Shown here piece by piece: positions 31,145-40,766 of a stretch of DNA of 64,000 bases; position 1 is the first letter of the stretch; every line of letters starts with the position of its first letter. Origin of the DNA: an uncultured Spirochaetota bacterium (lineage in GTDB: Bacteria > Spirochaetota > Spirochaetia > SZUA-6 > CAVTHK01); contig CAVTHK010000001.1 of NCBI GenBank assembly GCA_963734495.1, positions 256,001-320,000 of the forward strand, in the 5' to 3' direction. The notes beneath the pieces are model-generated. The model had not been told where the DNA came from. It searched no databases and worked only from the letters and a program-made list of their open reading frames with translations. The position numbers and the translations under genes were made by a program.

Positions 31145-32242
31145 CTACGGCTTGTACAGGTTGTGCTTGAGCACGGCTTCGTTCAGGCGGATGCCGTGGC
31201 CGGGCTCGGCGGGCGGAGCGATCATCCCGTCCGCCCCGAGCTCGATGTCGCTCTCGAGCAGCTTTTCCGTCTTGCCCTCCGTGATCCCGTGCTCCACGAT
31301 CATGCCGTTGGAGACGGCCGCGACCAGGTGCACGTGGAGCGCCGAGGAGCCGTGGGGCGCCATCTGGACGCCGTGCGCGCTGGCGAGCGACGCCACGTGC
31401 CGCCACTCCGTCACACCGCCCATGATCGTCGCGTCCGCCTGTAGTATATCCGTGCCGCCGCTCGCGATCAGGTCCCGGAACCCGTAGCGGGTGTACTCGT
31501 TCTCGCCCGTCGCCAGCGGGATCGAGGTGCTGTGGCGGAGCTTTGCGAGTCCCTCGTAATCCTCGGCGTGGATCGGCTCCTCGAACCAGAAGGGCTCGTA
31601 CTTCTCCGCGCGGCGCGCGAGCCGGATGGCGTCGACGACGGTGTACGCGTTGTTCGCGTCGATCATCAGCCCCACGTCCGGGCCGATCGCCTCCCGCGCC
31701 GCGCGGATGCGCTCCACGTCCTCGCTCATCGGCGCGCCGCCGATCTTCATCTTGACGCAGCGGGCGCCGGCCTGAACCTTGCTGCGGAGCTCGTCCGCCA
31801 GGCCCTCGAGGCCCTTGCCCTCGACGTAGTAGCCGCCCGCGACGTACACCGGCACGCGCTCGGTGAATCCCCCGAGAAGCTTGTGCAGCGACACTCCCGC
31901 GGTCTTGCCGATGGCGTCCCAGACCGCGATGTCGATCGCCGACATCGCGCGCGTGGCGAGGCCCCGACGGCCGTAGATCTTGGGCTGGAACATGCGGTCC
32001 CACAGCCGCTCGACATCCCACACGTCCAGGCCGACCGCGGCCTGGCTGAGCGCCCGGGCCGACTCGTAGACCGCGAGATCCGGTCCCGGCTGCGCGTGGG
32101 TGAACCCGACCCCCTCCACGCCGGCGTCCGTGTGCACGCGCACCACGATCTGTCCCGTGGCCGCATACGTGTACTTGCCGTTGCGGATGGCCTTGGCCCG
32201 CGTGAGGCGGCAGATGTCGGTAAGGACCTCAGTGATCTTCAT
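31145..32242 (-). CDS. Mandelate racemase/muconate lactonizing enzyme family (probable acid-sugar dehydratase)
   Basis: SAIDIAVWD, KMKIG, MIDAN, FEEP, TGEN, APH. Confidence 0.9.
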   Translation of the reverse strand: MKITEVLTDICRLTRAKAIRNGKYTYAATGQIVVRVHTDAGVEGVGFTHAQPGPDLAVYESARALSQAAVGLDVWDVERLWDRMFQPKIYGRRGLATRAMSAIDIAVWDAIGKTAGVSLHKLLGGFTERVPVYVAGGYYVEGKGLEGLADELRSKVQAGARCVKMKIGGAPMSEDVERIRAAREAIGPDVGLMIDANNAYTVVDAIRLARRAEKYEPFWFEEPIHAEDYEGLAKLRHSTSIPLATGENEYTRYGFRDLIASGGTDILQADATIMGGVTEWRHVASLASAHGVQMAPHGSSALHVHLVAAVSNGMIVEHGITEGKTEKLLESDIELGADGMIAPPAEPGHGIRLNEAVLKHNLYKP

Positions 32243-32303
32243 GGCTGTTGCTCCTGGGCGGCGCTGGGACGATATCTTTGCAGGTTCGGGCCTTTCCGTC
32301 TAT

Positions 32304-32329
32304 GGGCGGCAGGGGCGGGCGGCAGGGGC
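32304..32329 (+). repeat. 13-bp tandem repeat x2
   Basis: GGGCGGCAGGGGC GGGCGGCAGGGGC. Confidence 0.75.
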
Positions 32330-32344
32330 CTTCATTCTTTTTGT

Positions 32345-32373
32345 TTGACTCCGCCAAAGGCGTGCATTAGGCT
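32345..32373 (+). promoter_or_regulatory. sigma70-type promoter of sugar ABC operon
   Basis: TTGACT-17-TAGGCT preceded by a T-rich tract. Confidence 0.6.
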
Positions 32374-32540
32374 TTCGTTCGGACTCCGCCCGGCGCGCGC
32401 GCAGCGCGGCCATCGACGGGCGAAAGACGCCGACAGGGGGGCAAAGCACACACTCGGACAGGTCGCGACAAGCTTCAGGCCTGACGTCGGCGGAACACTG
32501 GAATCCTTTAAGCCTCGGATCGTCCGAAGGAGGAGGAGAG

Positions 32541-33929
32541 ATGTCACGCAACCGTTGGATCGCGCTCTCGGTCATCGGGATCGCGCTGTTCGCCACAGGC
32601 CTCGCGTTTGCCAGCGGCTCGAGCGAGCCTGCCGCCGGCGCGGCCCTGCCTGCCAAGCTGACCCTCACGGCGTGGGTCCAGGCCAACCAGGTGGAGGAGT
32701 ACCGGTCCAAGAACCTGGTAACCGCCGGTGAGCGCCTGACCAAGGAGCTGGGAAGCACCACCGTCACGGTCCAGGCGACCCCTGACAGCGCCGGCTGGGG
32801 CGACTACAAGAGGAAAGTCCTGCTGGCCTTCGAGGGCGGCACCGCCCCCGACATCATTCTTTCGGGGCACGAGGACGTCGCTCCCTGGAGCGAGAACGGC
32901 TACATCCTCGCCCTCGACGATTACATCAAGAAGTACGCGAGCACCTACGACAACATCATTCCTTCGCTCTGGAAGTCCACCGAGTACAAAGGCAAGCGGT
33001 GGGCCATCCCGCAGGACACCGAGGCGCGGCCGCTGTTCTGGTCCAAGCCCGTGCTCAAGAAGCTCGGCTGGTCCGACGCCGACATCGCCGCCCTGCCGGA
33101 CAAGATCAAGAGCGGTCAGTTCACCCTGCAGGACATCCTGGACAACGCCAAGGCGGCCCAGGACCGCGGCATCGTGCCCAAGGGCAACGGCTTCTGGACG
33201 CGCTGGGGGCAGGGCAACGACTGGTACGAGTTCTACTTCTCGTTCGGCGGCCAGGTCCAGGACCCGGCGAGCGGCAAGCTGATCTTCGTCAAGGATGCGT
33301 GGCAGAAGTACTACCAGTACTTCTACGACGTCTTCAACACGTACGCCGTCTGCCGCAAGGACATCATAGGCGCCTCGACCTCCAAGGTGGTGTACCCCGG
33401 GGTCACAAGCGGCGACGTCGCCTTCTACTTCGGCGGCATCTGGCAGTGGGCCGACTGGGCCAAGAACTACGTCGCGGACAAAGGCGGCGAGCAGTACCTG
33501 TTCGACACCCTCGGCTACGGGCTCATCCCGGCCAGCACCAAGGGCGGCAGACCCACCACGGTCACTCACCCGCTCGTCTACATGGTCAACGCCAAGGGAA
33601 AATACCCGGAGGCCTCGTTCAGAGTGATCACGCTCGCCAGCGCCGACGACCTGAACACGCTCCACGCGGTCGGCAGCAGCCACCTCGGGATCAACAAGAC
33701 GCAGGCCAACTACCCCGCGTACGCCAACGCCAAGTTCCTCCAGTCGACCACGTACATGCTGGACTACACCTGGTTCATCCCCAACCACTTCAAGTTCGCC
33801 ACGTACGACAACGTGGCCTGGAAGGCTCTGACCGCCGTGGCGGCGGGACAGATGAAACCCGACCAGGCCGTCAAGCTGGTGGAGGACGAGCTCAAGGCGC
33901 AGATGCCGAACGACGTGATCTTCAAGTAG
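32541..33929 (+). CDS. Carbohydrate ABC substrate-binding protein
   Basis: Signal peptide LAFASGSSE; APDII; WAIPQDTEARP; strong SD. Confidence 0.9.
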   Translation: MSRNRWIALSVIGIALFATGLAFASGSSEPAAGAALPAKLTLTAWVQANQVEEYRSKNLVTAGERLTKELGSTTVTVQATPDSAGWGDYKRKVLLAFEGGTAPDIILSGHEDVAPWSENGYILALDDYIKKYASTYDNIIPSLWKSTEYKGKRWAIPQDTEARPLFWSKPVLKKLGWSDADIAALPDKIKSGQFTLQDILDNAKAAQDRGIVPKGNGFWTRWGQGNDWYEFYFSFGGQVQDPASGKLIFVKDAWQKYYQYFYDVFNTYAVCRKDIIGASTSKVVYPGVTSGDVAFYFGGIWQWADWAKNYVADKGGEQYLFDTLGYGLIPASTKGGRPTTVTHPLVYMVNAKGKYPEASFRVITLASADDLNTLHAVGSSHLGINKTQANYPAYANAKFLQSTTYMLDYTWFIPNHFKFATYDNVAWKALTAVAAGQMKPDQAVKLVEDELKAQMPNDVIFK

Positions 33930-33945
33930 CCGTATGCCTCGCGCG

Positions 33946-33989
33946 GGGGATGCGGAGCGCCGGCTCCGCGTCCTCTGCCGCGGTTTTTT
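33946..33989 (+). terminator. Intra-operon terminator-like hairpin after binding-protein gene
   Basis: GGGGATGCGGAGC-gccg-GCTCCGCGTCCTC followed shortly by T6. Confidence 0.55.
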
Positions 33990-34003
33990 CCGAGGAAGGG
34001 TCA

Positions 34004-34957
34004 ATGACAGCACGCACTCGCGGCGGCAGGATCGGGGCACGCCTGCGGAGCATGAGCCTCACGCCCCTTCTGTTCATCGGTCCGGCGGCGATCCTGGTCG
34101 CCCTGTTCTTCTTCCTCCCGGTGATCCTCACCATGGGGATCAGCCTGACCGATCTGGCGACGGCCACGTTCGGAGGGAGGGCCCACTTTGTCGGCCTGGA
34201 TAACTACCGGCGGATGGTCCTCTCCCCGTACACGATCAAGATCTTCGTCAACACGGTCGTCTACGTCGCCTGCACCCTTGTCTTTTTCAACGTGGGCATG
34301 GCGCTGATCATCTCGCTGCTGACCACCAGCATCAACAAGACGGCCGGTTCGCTCTTCCGCGCGATCTGGCTGCTGCCCCGCATCACGCCCGCGGTCATCT
34401 ACGTCATCATGTTCCAGTACATGCTGGCCGACGCGCCGTCGGGGATCCTCAGCCAGATCGTCGCCGCCCTCGGGGGTCAGGGGCAGAACTGGCTCTACAC
34501 CTACCCGATGATCGGGGTGATCGTGGCCAACGGGCTCATCGGCACCTCGTTCGGCATGATCATCTTTACCTCGGCCATCGAGTCCATCCCGCCGGACTAC
34601 ATCATCGCGGCGAAAGTGGACGGGGCGTCCACCTGGCAGATCATGCGGCGCATCACGATCCCGCTGATCCGCTGGCCGCTGCTCTTTGTCATTGCCTACC
34701 AGACGCTTTCGCTGCTCACCTCTTTCGAGCAGATCCTGCTGCTGACAGGCGGCGGGCCGGGCTTCTACACGACCGAGGTCTGGGCCCTGTACGCCTACCA
34801 CACGGCGCTGTCCAACTACTACGGCAACACGGAGTTCGGCTACGGAGCCGCCCTCGCAGCGCTGCTGGTCGTCATCGGGATCGTCGCCTCTGTCGTGTAC
34901 CTGCGGGTCTTCAGGTTCCGGCAGATGGTGGCGGAGCCCAAGATCGAGGTGCTATGA
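34004..34957 (+). CDS. Carbohydrate ABC permease
   Basis: FVGLDNY, YIIAAKVDGA, GYGAA. Confidence 0.9.
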   Translation: MTARTRGGRIGARLRSMSLTPLLFIGPAAILVALFFFLPVILTMGISLTDLATATFGGRAHFVGLDNYRRMVLSPYTIKIFVNTVVYVACTLVFFNVGMALIISLLTTSINKTAGSLFRAIWLLPRITPAVIYVIMFQYMLADAPSGILSQIVAALGGQGQNWLYTYPMIGVIVANGLIGTSFGMIIFTSAIESIPPDYIIAAKVDGASTWQIMRRITIPLIRWPLLFVIAYQTLSLLTSFEQILLLTGGGPGFYTTEVWALYAYHTALSNYYGNTEFGYGAALAALLVVIGIVASVVYLRVFRFRQMVAEPKIEVL

Positions 34958-35781
34958 AGATCCGCGTCGGTTCCGTCGTGCCCTACTCCTGCTGATCGTC
35001 CTGAGCGCGCCCATCCTCGTGGGCTACTTCTGGCTCTTCGAGTCGTCGCTCTCGCTGCGCACCTATGGCCTGAAGGCCGAGGGCCTGACTCTCGAGAACT
35101 GGCGCTTTCTCATCGAGCCCATCCGCAGCAGGCCGGGCATCTGGCGGGTGCTCCTCAGCACTCTCGCCTTTGCGGTGCCCCTTTCCCTGCTGGACATGAC
35201 GGTCTCGTCCATGGCCGGGTACGCGCTTTCGCGGCTCAAGTTCCCGGGGCGGCGGTACGTTTCTTTCGTTTACGATCATCCTGCACGCGTTTCCCAGCGC
35301 GACGCTCCTCATCGCCATCTTCTTCGTCCTGCGCGCCGTGCGGCTCTACGACAGCATCCTGGGCGTGGTCCTGGTCAGCGCGAGCCTGGGCCTGCCCCTC
35401 GGAATCTGGCTGATGAAGGGTTTCTTCGACAACGTCTCGTGGGACATCGAGATGGCCGCGCTGATCGACGGCTGCTCGCGCCTGCGCGCGTGGTGGAAAG
35501 TCGTCCTCCCCATCGTCCGCCCGGGGCTCGCAGCGCTCGTCGTGTTCTCGTTCCTCTCGGGATGGGGCGCCTACATCATCCCCTACACCTTTCTCGTGAC
35601 TGCGGGCATCCAGCCGATCTCCGTCTACCTGCAGAGCCTCACCGGCGACTACACGTTCGTGAACTACGGCGTGGTCACCGCGGTCGGATTGTTCCAGCTC
35701 ATCCCGGTGGTCATCTTCTACACCTTCGCGCAGCGCAGCCTCCTGAACCTCTACAGCGGCGGCATGAAGGGTTCGGCATAG
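34954..35781 (+). CDS. Carbohydrate ABC permease (frameshifts near 34985 and 35265)
   Basis: AGYALSRLKFPGR, IEMAALIDGC; ATGA overlap. Confidence 0.85.
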
Positions 35782-35825
35782 CGGAGCACAAGGTGTCGGC
35801 GTAGCGACGGGAGCGAAAGCAAACC

Positions 35826-36911
35826 ATGGAAGTCACTCTGGACCGTGTCAGCAAGCTCTTCGGCAAGGTCAAGGCGGTCGACGAGGTGGGGCTCAAGGTG
35901 GGCGACGGCGAGTTCGTCGCGCTCCTCGGCCCCTCGGGGTGCGGCAAGACCACGACCTTGCTCATGATCGCCGGCATCTACAAGCCCAGCGCGGGCGAGA
36001 TCCGCTTCGGCGACCGCGTGGTGAACGCGCTGCTGCCCAAAGACCGCAGGATCGGCATGGTCTTTCAGAGCTACGCCCTCTATCCCCACATGACGGTCTA
36101 CGAGAACATCGTGTTCCCGCTTCGGCTCCAGCGCATGCCGGAAAAGCAGATGCGCGAGCGCGCGGACCGGATGGCCGAGCTGGTCCAGATCCAGGAGCTC
36201 CTGGACCGCAGGCCCGGCCAGCTCTCCGGCGGCCAGCAGCAGCGCGTCGCGCTCTCGCGCGCCCTGGTCAAGGAGCCCGACATCCTGCTGCTGGACGAGC
36301 CGCTGTCCAACCTCGACGCGAAGCTCCGCATCGCGATGCGCGGCGAGATCAAGCGCCTGCAGAAGCAGCTCGGCATCACCACGATCTTCGTCACGCACGA
36401 CCAGCTCGAGGCCATGACGATGGCGGACCGCATCGCGCTCATGAGGAACGGCCGTCTCATGGACTACCGCGACCCGCACGAGATGTACGACCGCCCGCGC
36501 TCCCAGTTCACGGCCGACTTTATCGGCAGCCCGCCCATCAACTTCCTGCGGGCGCGCGTCGAGCAGGCCGACGGCGCGGTCTCGCTGGTCGGCGAAGGTT
36601 TCCGCGTGAGGCTCTCCGGCGAAATGGAGCGCAGGGCGAGATCCCTGGGCGCGGGACGCGAAGTCGTGGTGGCCATCAGGCCCGAGGACATCTCCCTGGA
36701 GGAGGCGCCCGGCGACGCCAGCGCCGAGGTCTACGTGGTGGAGCCGCTCGGCCGCGACATGCTCGTCGAGCTGCGGGTGGGAGACGCCACCGTGCGCGTG
36801 CTCGCGCCCCATCTGTTCCGCGCAGCCATCGGCGCGAAGGTCTCGGTGACCCTGGACCGCTCCCGGATCCACCTCTTCGACCCGCGGACCGAGGAGGCGA
36901 TCGAAAATTGA
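35826..36911 (+). CDS. MalK/MsmK-type ABC ATPase
   Basis: GPSGCGKTT, VFQSYALYPHM, LSGGQQQR, LLDEPLSNLDAKLR, TOBE-like tail. Confidence 0.95.
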   Translation: MEVTLDRVSKLFGKVKAVDEVGLKVGDGEFVALLGPSGCGKTTTLLMIAGIYKPSAGEIRFGDRVVNALLPKDRRIGMVFQSYALYPHMTVYENIVFPLRLQRMPEKQMRERADRMAELVQIQELLDRRPGQLSGGQQQRVALSRALVKEPDILLLDEPLSNLDAKLRIAMRGEIKRLQKQLGITTIFVTHDQLEAMTMADRIALMRNGRLMDYRDPHEMYDRPRSQFTADFIGSPPINFLRARVEQADGAVSLVGEGFRVRLSGEMERRARSLGAGREVVVAIRPEDISLEEAPGDASAEVYVVEPLGRDMLVELRVGDATVRVLAPHLFRAAIGAKVSVTLDRSRIHLFDPRTEEAIEN

Positions 36912-36915
36912 AGCA

Positions 36916-37090
36916 ATGCACCGGCCGGGCGCGGGGCTCGCGGCCGCCGCGGCCCCGACGCGACCATGGCCGCCGCGAGCTGGCCGCGCGCTATGCGCCG
37001 CTGATCTACTTCGACGCGAAGGATCTCTTCGAGTGGATCCCGATGCGCATCGACTGGTGGCTCGACCAGCTCGAGGGGGGCGCGGCGTGA
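36916..37090 (+). pseudogene. Short remnant, probably an internally deleted gene
   Basis: RELAARYAPLIYFDAK runs directly into DLFEWIPMRIDWWLDQLEG-stop; stop overlaps next GTG. Confidence 0.4.
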
Positions 37091-37803
37091 AATCGCCCCG
37101 CCGTTACCTCGCCGTCGCCCACCGCGGGGCGTCGGCCTACGAGCCCGAGAACACGCTGCGCGCTTTTCGGCGCGCCATCGAGCTGGGCGCGGACATGAGC
37201 GAGCTGGACGTCCATCTCAGCCGCGACGGTCACGCGATGGTGATGCACAACGCGACCGTGGAGCAGACGACCGACGGGCGCGGCGCCATCCGGGACATGA
37301 CGCTGGAGGAGCTCAAGCGCCTGGACGCGGGCGAGGGCGAGCGGATCCCGACCCTCCAGGAGGCCATGGACGTCGTGCGCGGGAAGAACGGGCTGTACAT
37401 AGAGCTCAAGGGCGAAGGCACCCCGCCGGTGGTCGTGAGCCTGCTGCGCGCCAACGGCTTCACGGACCGCAGGCAGGTCATCGCCGGGTCGTTCAACGCG
37501 GCGCTGGCGGGCGAAGTCAAGAAGCTCGCCCCCGAGATCGCCACCTCGCTGCTCGTCAGCCCGGTGCTCCCCGCCGCGGAGCTCATCGCGATGACCCGCG
37601 CCGCGGGGGCCGACTACGTGCACCTGTGCTGGGAGCGCAGGCATCCCCAGCCGCACACGCTGCTCACCCCCGCGCTGCTCGCGGACCTGCGCGCGGCGGG
37701 CCTGGGCATCGTGCTCTGGCACGAGGAGCGGCCCGAGGAGATCGCCGTCCTGCGCACGCTCGACATCGACGCCATCTGCAGCAACGCGCCCGACCTGCTT
37801 TGA
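37087..37803 (+). CDS. Glycerophosphodiester phosphodiesterase
   Basis: AHRGASAYEPENTL, ELDVHLSRDG, IPTLQE, IELK. Confidence 0.92.
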   Translation: MKSPRRYLAVAHRGASAYEPENTLRAFRRAIELGADMSELDVHLSRDGHAMVMHNATVEQTTDGRGAIRDMTLEELKRLDAGEGERIPTLQEAMDVVRGKNGLYIELKGEGTPPVVVSLLRANGFTDRRQVIAGSFNAALAGEVKKLAPEIATSLLVSPVLPAAELIAMTRAAGADYVHLCWERRHPQPHTLLTPALLADLRAAGLGIVLWHEERPEEIAVLRTLDIDAICSNAPDLL

Positions 37804-37898
37804 CCCGCCCGCGGTCGGCCGGCACGCGGTCGGTCGCGGTCGGCCGGCCGGTTGGCAACGCCGCCGGTATTCGCTACGATCCTCACCCGGGAGGCGGC

Positions 37899-38483
37899 AT
37901 GCCGAAAGTCGTCGTGGACCCGATGCGGCCGGTGTACCCGACTCCGGCCGCGCTGATCTCCTGCGTCTCGCGGGACGGCAGGCCGAACATCATCACGCTG
38001 GGCGAGGTCTTCAACGTGAGCCTCCGCCGCCCTCCGATCGTGGGACTCGCGATCCGCAAAGCCACCTTCTCCCACGGACTGATCTCGGATACCAGAGAGT
38101 TCGTGGTGAACCTGCCCGGCACGCGGCTCCTGCGCGAGACCGACCTCTGCGGCTCCTGCTCCGGCCGCGACACCGACAAGTTCGCGGAGACCGGGCTCAC
38201 GGCGATCCCCGCCGAAAAGGTGAAGCCCCCGCTGATCGCGGAGTGCCCGGTGAACATCGAGTGCCGCCTGCTCAGCGTGCAGGAGATGGGGGACCACGAT
38301 CTGTTCCTCGGCGAAGTCCTGCTGGTCCACGCGGACGACTCGGTTCTCGACGGGGAGGGCAGGGTGTCGCCCGCGAAGCTGGAGCCCTTCGTGTTCATGT
38401 ACAACTGCGGTCACGCGGGCGAATACTGGGGCCTGGGCGGCAAGATCGCGGACGCCTGGTTCACGCGGCGGGGAAAGGAATGA
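37899..38483 (+). CDS. Flavin reductase-like (flavoredoxin) family protein
   Basis: YPTPAALI, EFVVNLP, SGRDTDKF, ECPVNIEC, GDHDLFLGEV. Confidence 0.88.
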   Translation: MPKVVVDPMRPVYPTPAALISCVSRDGRPNIITLGEVFNVSLRRPPIVGLAIRKATFSHGLISDTREFVVNLPGTRLLRETDLCGSCSGRDTDKFAETGLTAIPAEKVKPPLIAECPVNIECRLLSVQEMGDHDLFLGEVLLVHADDSVLDGEGRVSPAKLEPFVFMYNCGHAGEYWGLGGKIADAWFTRRGKE

Positions 38484-39340
38484 CGCCCATGACTGTCTAC
38501 TTCAACGGCCGTTTCATGCCCGCGGACGAGGTCCGCATCTCCCCCGACGACCGGGGCTTCCTGTTCGCGGACGGCGTCTACGAGGTGATCAGGACCTACG
38601 GCCGCCGGCTCTTCCGACTCGAGGCGCACCTCGCGCGGCTGGGCCGCAGCCTCAGGGAGCTGCGCATCGCGTTCGACGGCGTCGCCGCCCTCGGAGGCGT
38701 CTGCGAAGAGCTCCTTGCCCGCAACCCTCTTCCCGCGGCGGAGGCGCGATTCTATATTCAGATCACGAGGGGAGTCGCGCCGCGCAGCCATGCCTTTCCG
38801 CCGCCGGGGACGCCGCCGACAGTCTACGCGTGCGTGCACGGCCTCGAGCCCGAGACGGAGCAGCAGGCAGCCGGCATCCGCGTGGTGCTCGCGAGCGACA
38901 ACCGGTGGGGACGCTGCGACATCAAGTCCGTCGCGCTTCTGGCCAATGTCCTCGCCCTCCAGAGGGCGATCGATGAGGGGGCGGAGGAGGCAGTGTTCGT
39001 CCGCGACGGGCTCGTGACGGAGGGGACGCACAGCAACGTCTTTGCCGTCGTGGACGGCGTGGTGCGCACGGCGCCCCTTTCGGGCACCGTGCTCCCGGGC
39101 GTCACGCGCGACGTCGTGCTCGAGGTCTGCCGCTCGGAGCGCGTGGACGTCGAGGAGGGTCCGCTGAGCGACGCGGCCTTCCTCGCCGCCGAGGAGGCCT
39201 TCGTGACGGGCACCACGGCGGAGATCACGCCGATCGTGGCCGTCGGCGGGCGGCCGATCGCGGGCGGACGGCCGGGGCCTGTCACGAGGCGCCTGCAGGC
39301 CGCGTTCCGCGCCTTTGTCCTGGGAGGGACCCATGGGTGA
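38480..39340 (+). CDS. dat: D-amino acid aminotransferase (PLP fold type IV)
   Basis: DRGFLFADGVYEV, YIQITRG...R.H.F, DIKS, EGTHSN, LPGVTR. Confidence 0.82.
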   Translation: MTPMTVYFNGRFMPADEVRISPDDRGFLFADGVYEVIRTYGRRLFRLEAHLARLGRSLRELRIAFDGVAALGGVCEELLARNPLPAAEARFYIQITRGVAPRSHAFPPPGTPPTVYACVHGLEPETEQQAAGIRVVLASDNRWGRCDIKSVALLANVLALQRAIDEGAEEAVFVRDGLVTEGTHSNVFAVVDGVVRTAPLSGTVLPGVTRDVVLEVCRSERVDVEEGPLSDAAFLAAEEAFVTGTTAEITPIVAVGGRPIAGGRPGPVTRRLQAAFRAFVLGGTHG

Positions 39341-39827
39341 AACCGACCGCAAGGCTGTCCTCGCATCGTTTCGCGCCGGCCCGGAGAGGCTGCGCAAGGC
39401 GGTCAAAGGACTCCCGCCGGCGCTGATCGACTTCAGGCCGTTCGCCGACGCGTGGACCATCCGCGAGAACGTCGCGCACCTGTGCGACGCCGAGGCCTAC
39501 GCGTACGCGCGCCACCGCAAAGCCCTGGCGGAGCCGGGGGCCCGCGTCGACATGTGGGACGAGATCAAGTTCCACGAGCGGCTGCGCTACGGCTCCCGCG
39601 ACATGGCCGCCGCGCTCGCGCTGTACGCGGCGCTGCGCCTGGCGACCGCCGACCTGCTCGACCTGTTCGCGGCCGAGGACTGGAGCGGGTACACCGTCGA
39701 GCATGCGAAGCGAGGCACGATGACCCTCGAAGGGCTCCCGGAGTTCTTTGCCGACCACGACACCTTCCACCTCGACCTCATCGAGCGCAACAAGAAGTTG
39801 TGGAAGGAGAAGAAGGGCGCCGGCTGA
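39333..39827 (+). CDS. DinB family protein
   Basis: WTIRENVAHLCDAE, HAKRG, HDTFH. Confidence 0.85.
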   Translation: MGETDRKAVLASFRAGPERLRKAVKGLPPALIDFRPFADAWTIRENVAHLCDAEAYAYARHRKALAEPGARVDMWDEIKFHERLRYGSRDMAAALALYAALRLATADLLDLFAAEDWSGYTVEHAKRGTMTLEGLPEFFADHDTFHLDLIERNKKLWKEKKGAG

Positions 39828-39858
39828 CGCCCCCGCCCCGCCGGGCGGAGGCGTCGCT

Positions 39859-40707
39859 TCAAAGCGACTCGACCCAGCGGGCGATGAGCGCGGCCACCTC
39901 GCGCTCGTGGCCGTTGTAGTTGTGGTCCGAGCCTTCGACCATGGCCGTGTCGACCCGGGGCGCGGCCTTCGCGTTGCGCCGCACGGTCTCCAGGTCCGCC
40001 GCGGTCCCGATCGACGCCTCCTCTGTCCCGTAGAAGGCGAGGATCGGGCACTCGATGCGCGCGACCGCGGGGTCTCTCGTCCGATCGCCGTAGACGTCGA
40101 TGCCGGCGCGGATCCAGCCGAGCACCGTCTGCGCCGAAAGCGTGCCGGCCCCGGCATCCATGAAGTCCCAGGGCAGCAGGTCGCGGCCCCGTCCCTCGGC
40201 CTCCATCTTCGCGGCCTGCTCCCGGGTCGCGTCCGACCACTTGCCCGCGTGCAGCGGCGGCGAGGCCGCGATCAGCGCCTTGACCCTCGGGTCCCGGCGC
40301 TGCGCCTGGTAGTAGCACACCTTGAGCGAGCCGAGGCTGTGACCGAGCAGGACGACCTCGCCGTTCCCGATACCCGCCGCGAGGTCGATCCAGGCCGCGA
40401 CGTCGCGGGGCGAGTCCTCGAACAGCTCCCAGGCCCCGCCCGCGATCAGGCGCTGCAGGTCCGCCGTCCGCAGGATTGCGCCGAAGTCGCGCCCGCGGTT
40501 GTTGCCCGTGACGAAGACGTGACCGCGCTCCGCGAGGCCCCTGCCGATGGTGACGATCTGCCGGGCGTAGAACTTGCCGGTCAGGCCGTGCACCCAGATG
40601 ATCGGCCGCCCCTGCCTGATCGGGCCCGACGGCCTGACGACCGCGCCCTCCAGGACGTAGCCGTCCTCGCTCTGAACGTAGACAAGCTCTTCGGCGTATC
40701 CTGGCAT
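39859..40707 (-). CDS. Alpha/beta hydrolase (DUF1749-like)
   Basis: WVHGLTGKFY, GHSLG nucleophile elbow, GSDHNY. Confidence 0.8.
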   Translation of the reverse strand: MPGYAEELVYVQSEDGYVLEGAVVRPSGPIRQGRPIIWVHGLTGKFYARQIVTIGRGLAERGHVFVTGNNRGRDFGAILRTADLQRLIAGGAWELFEDSPRDVAAWIDLAAGIGNGEVVLLGHSLGSLKVCYYQAQRRDPRVKALIAASPPLHAGKWSDATREQAAKMEAEGRGRDLLPWDFMDAGAGTLSAQTVLGWIRAGIDVYGDRTRDPAVARIECPILAFYGTEEASIGTAADLETVRRNAKAAPRVDTAMVEGSDHNYNGHEREVAALIARWVESL

Positions 40708-40766
40708 CGCTCCCGGCCTCCCTTTCGCGCGGCGCCGCCTCTGCGGCCGGGCCGCAGTCGACGATA

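Noticed and set aside
32330..32379. GlpR-type TTTCGTT direct repeats upstream of the GDPD-containing operon
   Set aside because: Only one exact copy and irregular spacing; too weak to call.
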